A stretch of DNA of 64,000 nt. Source: Calditrichia bacterium. GTDB lineage: Bacteria; Calditrichota; Calditrichia; JAJRVZ01. The notes below the pieces were generated by a model. It was not told the DNA's origin. It searched no databases and was given only the letters and a program-made list of their open reading frames with translations. Positions 53,399 through 61,858 of the stretch are shown here, piece by piece (positions within the stretch are counted from its first letter, which is position 1; the number at the start of each line of letters is the position of its first letter). The translations under genes and the position numbers were made by a program. The stretch spans positions 32,001 through 96,000 of the forward strand of contig CAVZSQ010000015.1 of NCBI GenBank assembly GCA_963777955.1, written 5' to 3'.

Positions 53399-53880
53399 TG
53401 AAAGATAGATTTTTTATCTTCATCCTGGTCCTGTCTAACCTGTATTGTCAACCATCCGTCCGCTATAGCAGTAAAACAGAAATTACCGCGGATCAGGACT
53501 ACACGGCACCAGCCATCTTCACCAAATTAACCGGGTTTATTCAGACCTGGTTGCATACACCTTATAAATATGGCGGTACCAGTAAGAGCGGGATTGACTG
53601 CTCCGGATTAACCATACAGTTCATGAAATATGCATACGGAATCAGGATTTCGCGTCAGGCACAGGATCAGTACGATCAGGGCGAAAAGGTTTTACGATCG
53701 CGCCTGCAACCGGGTAACCTGGTATTTTTTGCGGAGCACCGCGGCCAGGAAATAAGTCATGCCGGTATTTATCTGGGCGATAACAAGTTTATTCATGCCT
53801 CGGAATCGGAAGGAGTTATAATCTCGAACCTGGACGAAGAACACTATTCGGCCAGATATGCCGGTGCCTGCCGTTATTGA
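53395..53880 (+). CDS. NlpC/P60 (C40) peptidoglycan peptidase, probable lipoprotein
   Basis: PYKYGG...GIDCSG, SHAGIY and FIHAS motifs. Confidence 0.92.
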   Translation: MMKDRFFIFILVLSNLYCQPSVRYSSKTEITADQDYTAPAIFTKLTGFIQTWLHTPYKYGGTSKSGIDCSGLTIQFMKYAYGIRISRQAQDQYDQGEKVLRSRLQPGNLVFFAEHRGQEISHAGIYLGDNKFIHASESEGVIISNLDEEHYSARYAGACRY

Positions 53881-54821
53881 AGATTGCTTCGGTCACACCG
53901 GTGTGGATCCTGTTGCAGCCGCGGGATTATCTATCTTCGTATTTGTTGTATTCTTCCGTGTTCGCCGGTCTGATCGGTATTGTATTCGGCGGATTTTCAC
54001 TGCAGTACCCGGCTTATAATGCCTGGTATGTCCCGGCCATGGGTTCCATGTTTCCCATCTTATTCATAACCGTGGCCTGCGGAGCCTGCTCGGGCTTCCA
54101 TTCCATCGTCGCTTCCGGTACATCTTCAAAACAGTTGAATAAAGAATCGGATGCCAGGGTGGTAGGTTATGGCGCGATGCTGATTGAAGGACTGGTGGCA
54201 GTGATCGCGCTCTCTACTGTGGCCATACTTATCAAAGGGGATCCGCAAGCATCAAAAGAACCGCTGCAGATTTATGGTCTGGGTATGAGCAAATTTTTAG
54301 GGATACTGGGTATCCCGGCCGAGATTGGCTTTTCTTTCGGTTTATTAGCCCTGTCAACTTTTATTTTAACCACACTGGACACCGCAACCAGATTGGGCAG
54401 ATATATTTTTGAAGAGTTTTTCAATATTAAAGATCCAAAAATACGCTATCTGTCAACTCTGGCCACGCTGATCCTGCCTACAATTCTGGTGTTAATCGAA
54501 TTAAAGGATGCCAGCGGACATTTGATTCCGGCCTGGAAGGCGATCTGGCCTGTGTTCGGTGCAACCAATCAGTTGTTAGCCGGTTTAGCCCTGCTGGTAA
54601 TAGGGGTCTGGATGAAAAAACAGGGTAAAAAAAGTATGTTCGTTTTTTTCCCCATGGTCTTCATGGTCGTGATGACTGTCTGGGCCTTAATACTGCTGGT
54701 ATTTGAATTTAAGAACAATACGGTGGGTATAATCGCCGCTGCTTTGCTGGTACTGGCGATCTTACTCATTGTTGAAGCGGTAAAGACCATTAAAAAATTG
54801 AAAGCAAGTACCGGTATTTAA
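53877..54821 (+). pseudogene. cstA: Carbon starvation protein CstA, C-terminal portion only
   Basis: Begins at the internal motif ASVTPVWILLQPRDYL; also FPILFITVACGACSGFH, GYGAMLIEG, TTLDTATRLGR and WPVFGATNQLLA. The N-terminal part is absent. Confidence 0.8.
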
Positions 54822-54851
54822 TATTAAAAACCGCTAATTATCTTTCTACAG

Positions 54852-54880
54852 TTGTATAAGTTTTGAAAAATTATTATTAT
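54852..54880 (+). promoter_or_regulatory. Putative sigma70 promoter of the kdsC-lpt operon
   Basis: TTGTAT-N17-TATTAT. Confidence 0.45.
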
Positions 54881-54920
54881 ATCATGAATTTAAACTAATC
54901 AGACGATCCAGAATTATATT

Positions 54921-55448
54921 GTGAAGCAGAGACTACAACAAATTAAACTGATCTTATTCGACGTAGATGGCGTATTATGCAGCGGGGATATCAGTTATCT
55001 GGATACCGGCCAGGAAATAAAAACCTTTGACGTTCAGGATGGTATGGGTATCACCCTGGCGCACCGGGCAGGATTGATGACGGGTATCCTCACCGGACGG
55101 AAATCCAGGGCCATCACCCGGCGGAGCAAAGAACTTAAAATTACGATCCTGTCGCAGGGTGAATTCGATAAATGGCAGCCTTACCTGCTGATTAAAAAGA
55201 AACTAAAACTGCATGACCAGGAAATTTGCTATATTGGTGATGATGTTCTCGATCTGCCGGTTTTAAAAGCAGCCGGTTTTAGCGTGGCGGTGGCCAATGC
55301 CCGCGAGGAAGTAAAAGCGGTTGCCGATTATGTCACACTGGCTAAGGGAGGGCGGGGTGCAGTAAGAGAAGTAATTGATCTGATTTTGAAACGTCAGGGA
55401 AAATTTGACGTAGTGATAGAAAAACTGAGTCATACCGGGAAAACATGA
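54921..55448 (+). CDS. kdsC: KDO-8-phosphate phosphatase (HAD)
   Basis: FDVDGVL, FDVQDGMG, IGDDVLD and GGRGAVRE; LPS-operon context. Confidence 0.92.
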   Translation: MKQRLQQIKLILFDVDGVLCSGDISYLDTGQEIKTFDVQDGMGITLAHRAGLMTGILTGRKSRAITRRSKELKITILSQGEFDKWQPYLLIKKKLKLHDQEICYIGDDVLDLPVLKAAGFSVAVANAREEVKAVADYVTLAKGGRGAVREVIDLILKRQGKFDVVIEKLSHTGKT

Positions 55449-56284
55449 AATACAGCATTTTAATCTTACTTATTTTGTTTCTGACAAGTCGAGCGGCCTT
55501 CGCTCAATTGACGCTGGCCATCGGTGATTTTAAAAATGACAGCGAAGAATTTTATCTGGATGCCTGGGAGAAGTCCATTCCGGAATTTTTGAAGAGCGAC
55601 CTGGGCCAGGCTGAAGAATTGACCGTAGTGGAACGCCAGCAACTGGAGTCTGTACTGAACGAACAAGCCTTAAGCATGACCGGTCTGCTGGACAGTTCAG
55701 CACTGAAGACCGTTGGCAGGATGGTCGGAGCTCAGTATATCATCGGCGGTAAAATCAATCAGAGCGGAAAATGGATTCGTATCGATGCCCGGATCGTTCA
55801 GGTGGCCACTGGTGAGGTCAGGAGTGTCAGTGTGCGCAGCCGTGACGATCAGCATGTACAGGAAATGGTCAGCCTGTTGGCCAATAATATCCGCAATAAA
55901 CTGACCGGGAAAGCAGAGTACCGCAGCAGGGTGGTGCTGGGCAGGGATTATACACTTTACTTCCTTGGTGCAACGGCTGCCCTGGGTGCCGGGACTGTAC
56001 TGGCTAATAACACCTACCAGGATTATCTGGCTAAATATCATCAGGCGGGATTACTGACAGAATTTGATAAGCAATATGATCCGGCTAACCGCTGGCATAA
56101 TGCCCGGACTGTCTTTATTTCATTGACGGCCACTGCTGCGGTGGTGACCCTTTACAGTTGGATCGTGAATTTAACTCCGGAAGAAATTCTGGCGGTACAT
56201 GATCATGCTCCGGTTGCAGTGGTACCAATAGTTGTTCTAAATCAGAGGGATTATTTTGGTGCAGGAATCAGTGTCTGTTTTTAA
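55445..56284 (+). CDS. CsgG/HfaB-like protein with C-terminal helical hairpin
   Basis: Signal peptide AFA-Q; LAIGDFKN...VVERQQLESVLNEQ...IRIDARIVQVATGEV; two hydrophobic segments; ends GAGISVCF. Confidence 0.8.
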   Translation: MKYSILILLILFLTSRAAFAQLTLAIGDFKNDSEEFYLDAWEKSIPEFLKSDLGQAEELTVVERQQLESVLNEQALSMTGLLDSSALKTVGRMVGAQYIIGGKINQSGKWIRIDARIVQVATGEVRSVSVRSRDDQHVQEMVSLLANNIRNKLTGKAEYRSRVVLGRDYTLYFLGATAALGAGTVLANNTYQDYLAKYHQAGLLTEFDKQYDPANRWHNARTVFISLTATAAVVTLYSWIVNLTPEEILAVHDHAPVAVVPIVVLNQRDYFGAGISVCF

Positions 56285-57048
56285 CAAAAAGATATTTTTT
56301 CTGATCGGACTGGGTTTACTGAGCGGATGCTCGGATATACCCAGGGATAATTTGCTGGATCCTAAAAATAAAAACAGCATCAGGCCGCAGATAGTTGCTG
56401 TGGATGTCTTTGTCAATACCGGCAATGATCTGCAGTATAACCAATATATGCTAAGCGCACTCGATCAGTTGCAGCAAAAATATGCCGGCCAGATCAATAT
56501 TGCCGAGTATCACCGTAATACGACCGACTATACGGATCCTTTGACCCTGCCTGAAAATGAGATCCTCTATAATGTTTATCTCGCTGCCTTCGCTGCTCAG
56601 GGGAAAGGGGTACCGGATGTGTTCCTGAACGGTATCGCTGAGCGGATACAGGGAGCCTCGAGTATTGCTACGGCTGTAATTCGTCTGGAACAGGCTCTGC
56701 AGCCGCTGTTACTGCAGAACAGTTTTTTTACTATAGAATCTGAAATTAATCGTAATGATGACCAGGCCGATATCAGCATAAAATTGGCGCGGTTGGGCTC
56801 GACTGGATGCACATGATCTGCTGTTAAAAACAATACTTACCGAGCAGATCGACAACCAATCCCTGAAAAGAGTAGTACGCCGGGTTTTAAAGTCCGATGT
56901 AATCCCGGATCTAGCCGCCGGTGAAATAAAAACAATTGACTTCCACCTGATCGGTCTGGCCGATACTGCAAACTATAAGATACTGTTTAACCTTTCTTCT
57001 GACGATGAACTTGATGTATATCAAAGTGTAGAAATGAGTTTGCCATGA
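56271..57048 (+). CDS. Lipoprotein with Omp28/thioredoxin-like region; +1 frameshift near 56805
   Basis: LSGC lipobox, RDNLLDP, and IAEYH...GVPDVFLNG. The +1 frame stays open to TGA 57048, which overlaps the next ATG (ATGA). Confidence 0.7.
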
Positions 57049-57713
57049 AACCAGTCATCGTTGTTCTGCTCTGCCTGGCTGTACTGGAATTCTCCTCCTG
57101 TAAACTGGATGAATTGATTAAAAATATTGAACCACCGCAGGTCAGTAATATTTTTACAACCGCCGAAAGTTTCATGGTTAATCCGGGTGATACGGCCTTG
57201 TTCTGGGTGGAAGCGACAGATCCGCAGGATGAAACATTGACCTACATGTGGACCCTGGGAGTCGGAGAGATTATTGGTTCGGTAAAGTTGGATACACTGA
57301 CCTGGAAAGCTCCATTAAGCGGCGGTAATTTCCCGGTATCAGTAAAAGTATCCAATTCCGAGGAAAGCGTCACCAAGAGTGATAATATTACGGTAATCTC
57401 CTTTATCCGGCCTTATGTGAAAATAATTCACCCTTCAGCCAGTGATTACCTGGTGCAATATCAGCCTGCCGCCGTCGAAGCCAGAGCTTATCATGATAAT
57501 GGATTGACGCAAGTGCAACTATGGATTAATGATGTCATTGTCACCGGCCAACCTGGTGTAACGGCTCTGGATTATCAATTCGACTGGGATGGCGTGGCAC
57601 CTGCCGGTATGATTGAAATTAAGATTTCAGCGGTATCAAAAATTACGGCTATGACTGGCTCAGACAGCATCCGCGTACCTCTGGAAGGGATCGTTCGTGG
57701 TAAAAAAAATTAA
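57045..57713 (+). CDS. Lipoprotein with Ig-like domains
   Basis: FSSC lipobox; ATDPQDETLTYMW...WKAP and AYHDNGLTQVQLWIND beta-rich motifs. Confidence 0.7.
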   Translation: MKPVIVVLLCLAVLEFSSCKLDELIKNIEPPQVSNIFTTAESFMVNPGDTALFWVEATDPQDETLTYMWTLGVGEIIGSVKLDTLTWKAPLSGGNFPVSVKVSNSEESVTKSDNITVISFIRPYVKIIHPSASDYLVQYQPAAVEARAYHDNGLTQVQLWINDVIVTGQPGVTALDYQFDWDGVAPAGMIEIKISAVSKITAMTGSDSIRVPLEGIVRGKKN

Positions 57714-58689
57714 AAAACCGGTTATTGATAAAAACATCAAAGCCGGCCGCAGAGTAGTCCGGCTGGAAGCCCGCTCGGTCAAGGCCCTGGAAAGCAGGAT
57801 CGACCGGAGTTTTTCCCGTGCTGTCAATCTTATTTACAAGGTTAAAGGGCGGGTGATTGTAACCGGTCTGGGAAAATCAGGCGTGATCGGGCGTAAAATT
57901 TCCGCTACTCTGACCAGTACCGGCACGGCATCATATTTTTTACATGCTGCCGAAGGTTCCCATGGCGATCTGGGCATAGTGCACCGCGATGACGTGGCCA
58001 TCTGCATTTCAAAAAGCGGCGAAACCCAGGAATTACAGAACCTGGTAACGGTTTTTAAAAAATTAAAAATTCCGATCATTGCCATGACCGGTGAATTGAA
58101 ATCATCGCTGGCTGAGAATGCCGATGTGGTCCTGAATGTGGCTGTCAAGGAAGAAGCCTGTCCGCATGACCTGGCCCCCACCACCAGCACCACAGCTACC
58201 CTGGTTATGGGCGATGCACTGGCTATCGCCCTGTTGGAGAAACGTAACTTTTCGCGGGAAGAGTTTGCTTTTATTCATCCGGGCGGAAGTCTTGGTAAAA
58301 AACTCCTGACTACCGTGGATGACCTGATGGAAAAAAATGAGAATCTTCCGCATTGTACGTATCAGGATGATATGCGGCGGGTTACCATTGAAATGGCCCA
58401 TAAAAGGGGAATTTGTCCCATCGTCGATGAACAATTCCGGGTTATAGGCGTTATAACTACCGGCGATTTAAACAGGTTGCTGGAACAACGGGAGCAGTTT
58501 TTTGATCTGGTAGCAGAAACTGTGATGACTAAAAATCCAAAGATAGTAACTTCCGGTACATTGGCCTCGGAAGCTCTGGAAAAGATGGAGCACTACCGGG
58601 TAGTGGCCTTGCCGGTGATCAACGGCGACCGGAAATTAATCGGCGTAGTCCACCTCCATGATATTTTACAGACGGGCATAAGAAATTGA
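57697..58689 (+). CDS. kdsD: Arabinose-5-phosphate isomerase (KpsF/GutQ; SIS plus CBS)
   Basis: GLGKSG, HGDLG, EACPHDLAPTTST, HPGGSLG and a CBS pair. Confidence 0.95.
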   Translation: MVKKIKKPVIDKNIKAGRRVVRLEARSVKALESRIDRSFSRAVNLIYKVKGRVIVTGLGKSGVIGRKISATLTSTGTASYFLHAAEGSHGDLGIVHRDDVAICISKSGETQELQNLVTVFKKLKIPIIAMTGELKSSLAENADVVLNVAVKEEACPHDLAPTTSTTATLVMGDALAIALLEKRNFSREEFAFIHPGGSLGKKLLTTVDDLMEKNENLPHCTYQDDMRRVTIEMAHKRGICPIVDEQFRVIGVITTGDLNRLLEQREQFFDLVAETVMTKNPKIVTSGTLASEALEKMEHYRVVALPVINGDRKLIGVVHLHDILQTGIRN

Positions 58690-59234
58690 AAATGAAAACG
58701 GCTCATGTATTGTTTATACTATTTTTGCTGATTTCCTCGTGCACAAAACTCGAAGATCAGGATTCCTCCGCAACCTCCAGCAATGAATATCCCGATCAGG
58801 AAAGTTGGAATGCTAAAATGTATTTTACCCGCGATGGAAAACGGCAGGCGGTTTTAACCGCGGGATATATTGCCAAATACTCCAGTCAGCATTATACCCT
58901 CTTGAGAGAGGCCGTGCGCGTGGATTTCTATGATAGCGAAGGTAAGGTAAAGTCAGTTCTGACATCGCGGGAGGGCAAAGTTATGGATGAGACCCAGGAT
59001 ATGATTGCCACCGGCAACGTTGAACTGGTTTCCAACAACGGGACCCATCTGTATGCCGATGAATTGTTCTGGGATAACAAACCTGCCAAAATACGATCCA
59101 GGGTACCGGTCAAGATAACAACTAAGACCGATACGCTTTTTGGTGATACCTTCCTCTCCGATCCTGATCTTAACGATTATGAGATAACCAATCCGCACGG
59201 CTCTTCACAAAAAACTATTAATATTCATGAGTAA
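58686..59234 (+). CDS. lptC: LPS export periplasmic protein LptC
   Basis: Beta-jellyroll-like sequence (VDFYD...ATGNV...LYADELFWD) at the lptC position of the operon. Confidence 0.82.
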   Translation: MKMKTAHVLFILFLLISSCTKLEDQDSSATSSNEYPDQESWNAKMYFTRDGKRQAVLTAGYIAKYSSQHYTLLREAVRVDFYDSEGKVKSVLTSREGKVMDETQDMIATGNVELVSNNGTHLYADELFWDNKPAKIRSRVPVKITTKTDTLFGDTFLSDPDLNDYEITNPHGSSQKTINIHE

Positions 59235-60333
59235 AGTTCATCTCTTTTTCTGTGTGCTCATGTTATTGCTGGCCGCCACGCTGCTTTATCCCGGTGACAA
59301 TCTGTTCTATCTGGTTCATGCTGATAAATCCGTTGGCCAGCTGGTCGATGGAGAAAGAATCCGGATTTTATCCGGTCATATTGTTGCCTACCAGGATACC
59401 TTGCGCATGTACTGTGATGAGGCAACTTTCTATGAAGACAGGGAGCAGATTATATTTATCGGTAATGTTTTGATCTTTGACGGGCACCATAAACTATGGG
59501 CTGATAAAATTCTTTATTTCACAGCTCGCCGGTATGCCGAATGTTACGGAAATGTCCGGATCAGCGGTGCAAATGATTCGCTGTATGCTGAAAAATTCAT
59601 CTACCAGTTCAGGGAACGAAACGCCGAAGGCGAACAAAATCTTTATATCCATGATAAGCAAAACGATGTATCCATCTGGGGTGATGCCGGAAAATATCTT
59701 TATGCCAATCGTTATAGTATGGTTACAGGGCATGCCAGGTTCAGGCAAATCAGTGCTGACCGGCAGGACACGCTATTGATCACGGCCAAAAAACTGGAAT
59801 ACTTTGCTGCGGAACCCAAACGGGCCTATGCCCTGGAACAGGTCATGATCTACAAAGACCAGGTAAAGGCCAGTTGTGACTCCGCTACCTACCTGATCAG
59901 TGCAGAAATAGTTAAACTGCGAGTTAATCCACTGGCCTGGCAGGATCAGAATGAGATGAGCGGTAAAACCATCGATCTGCTGCTGGACAGTCTGAAAATA
60001 AATCAGATTGATATAAATGAAAATGCGCATTTAAAGAGTCTGACGACAGAGATAACCGATTCCACTCAAAAAAAATATAATCATCTGCGCGGTAAAACGA
60101 TTCAAATCGAACTGGAAAATAGTCAACCCCAGCGAGTAATAGCGCGTCACAATGCTACCAGCGTGTATGTGGCAATCGAGGATTCGTTGAACCAGGGTAC
60201 CAATTCATCAAGTTCTGACAGCATCCTGGTTTTATTTAAAACCGGAGAAATCGACAGCATTGCCATTATCGGTGGCATAGAAGGAATTTTTTATCCTGCA
60301 GATTATAAAGGGGAGATCAAGGGTGAGCAGTGA
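59227..60333 (+). CDS. LptA/OstA-like LPS transport protein (long form)
   Basis: Repeated OstA-type strands (MYCDEA, GNV, ASCDSA) between lptC and lptB. Confidence 0.8.
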   Translation: MSKVHLFFCVLMLLLAATLLYPGDNLFYLVHADKSVGQLVDGERIRILSGHIVAYQDTLRMYCDEATFYEDREQIIFIGNVLIFDGHHKLWADKILYFTARRYAECYGNVRISGANDSLYAEKFIYQFRERNAEGEQNLYIHDKQNDVSIWGDAGKYLYANRYSMVTGHARFRQISADRQDTLLITAKKLEYFAAEPKRAYALEQVMIYKDQVKASCDSATYLISAEIVKLRVNPLAWQDQNEMSGKTIDLLLDSLKINQIDINENAHLKSLTTEITDSTQKKYNHLRGKTIQIELENSQPQRVIARHNATSVYVAIEDSLNQGTNSSSSDSILVLFKTGEIDSIAIIGGIEGIFYPADYKGEIKGEQ

Positions 60334-61075
60334 AAGCAATCTTGGCGGGCAGATACTGGCGGCCTCCAATCTTCAGAAAATTTACGGGAAACGTACCGTC
60401 GTAAAGGATGTTTCGTTGCATGTCCGGCAGGGCGAGATTGTCGGTCTGCTGGGGCCCAATGGTGCCGGTAAAACGACGACTTTTTACATGATGACCGGGA
60501 TGATCAAACCGAATGCCGGCAAAATAATGATTGATGATCAGGAAATAACCAGGATCCCCATGTACCGGCGGGCCCGTCGTGGTTTATCCTACCTTCCTCA
60601 GGAAGCTTCTATTTTCCGGAAACTGACTGTTGAAGACAACCTGCTGGCCATCATGCAGACCATCGGTATACGCGCTCAGGAACGTAAGATCCGCTGCCAG
60701 CAATTATTGACAGAATTAAGTATAATCCATCTGGCCCGCAGCAAAGGGTATAATCTGTCCGGCGGTGAAAGACGCCGTACAGAAATTGCCCGTACGCTGG
60801 TGACTAATCCTCATTTTATCCTGCTGGACGAGCCTTTTGCCGGTATTGATCCGATTGCCGTCGAAGATATACAAAATATAGTTCATGGATTGAGAACCAG
60901 GGGCATTGGCGTGCTGATCACCGACCATAATGTACACGAAACATTATCGATAACCGACCGGGCCTACCTGCTGTTCGAAGGATCCATCCTAAAAGAAGGA
61001 ACTTCCTCTTATCTGGCCAATGATCCGGAAGCAAGAAAATTATACCTGGGAGAAAAATTCAAACTCGATAGATAA
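60323..61075 (+). CDS. lptB: LPS export ABC transporter ATPase
   Basis: GPNGAGKTTTFYM, YLPQEASIFRKL, LSGGERRR, LITDHNV and YLGEKF. Confidence 0.97.
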   Translation: MSSESNLGGQILAASNLQKIYGKRTVVKDVSLHVRQGEIVGLLGPNGAGKTTTFYMMTGMIKPNAGKIMIDDQEITRIPMYRRARRGLSYLPQEASIFRKLTVEDNLLAIMQTIGIRAQERKIRCQQLLTELSIIHLARSKGYNLSGGERRRTEIARTLVTNPHFILLDEPFAGIDPIAVEDIQNIVHGLRTRGIGVLITDHNVHETLSITDRAYLLFEGSILKEGTSSYLANDPEARKLYLGEKFKLDR

Positions 61076-61145
61076 CCGGTCACGGTATTAAAGTAGCTGA
61101 TTTCTTCTGCCGCGATTCAGATTTAATCCAATTTTAAAAGACTAA

Positions 61146-61174
61146 TTGATAAAAATAGTAATAAATCTTAAATT
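61146..61174 (+). promoter_or_regulatory. Putative sigma70 promoter
   Basis: TTGATA-N17-TAAATT. Confidence 0.5.
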
Positions 61175-61269
61175 TACTACCGAACATAGAACATTGCAGC
61201 CAGGGATATGGAATAGATATTAATAAAATAGTGTTGTGCTCAATCAGCAGATCAGCATAGGATTACTTT

Positions 61270-61689
61270 ATGAAACGAATATTGATTGTATGTAATACAA
61301 ATTCAAGTATGAGTCAGATCGCCGAGGCTTTCCTCAGACACCTGACCTTCAGCAGGGTGGAGGTTTACAGTGCCGGCATCACACCCAGGAATATTCATCC
61401 GCTGGCTGTTAAGGTGATGAAAGAACTTGGTATCGATATTTCGCAAAATCACAACAGATCTGTAAATGAATTTTATAACGATCGGTTCGACTTCATTATA
61501 ACCCTGCAGGACGAAGCAAGAGAAAAAAGCCCGATCTTCCAGGGCAGCCATACAAAAATTCATAAAAGTCTGGATGATCCCGGCCAGGCAAAAGGAAGTG
61601 ACAGTCAAAAATTGGAAGTCTTCCGCAAAAGCCGTGATCAGATCAAGGACTGGGTCACCGATTTCATCGAAAGATATCAATTACTTTAG
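61270..61689 (+). CDS. ArsC/low-molecular-weight phosphatase family protein (degenerate active site)
   Basis: ILIVCNTNSSMSQIAE, YSAG...HPLAVKVMKELGIDIS, DDP and FRKSRDQI. Confidence 0.85.
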   Translation: MKRILIVCNTNSSMSQIAEAFLRHLTFSRVEVYSAGITPRNIHPLAVKVMKELGIDISQNHNRSVNEFYNDRFDFIITLQDEAREKSPIFQGSHTKIHKSLDDPGQAKGSDSQKLEVFRKSRDQIKDWVTDFIERYQLL

Positions 61690-61858
61690 ACCATTACTTT
61701 CCCGTCATTATTATATTCCTGCTTTACATTCCTTCAGGTCTGCATTGGGAAAATTTGCTAAAATTATTCTTGATTTTTCGGATATTCGGTCGAAATAAAG
61801 GGAAAGATTTTATTTCTGAATGGATTGTGACTAACAGTCAATTACTCTGGAGAACGAT

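Noticed and set aside
56805..56816. TGC-ACA-TGA as a second selenocysteine site
   Set aside because: Read-through hits another TGA after about 35 codons of unconvincing sequence, while the +1 frame runs to an ATGA overlap with the next gene. A frameshift explains it better.
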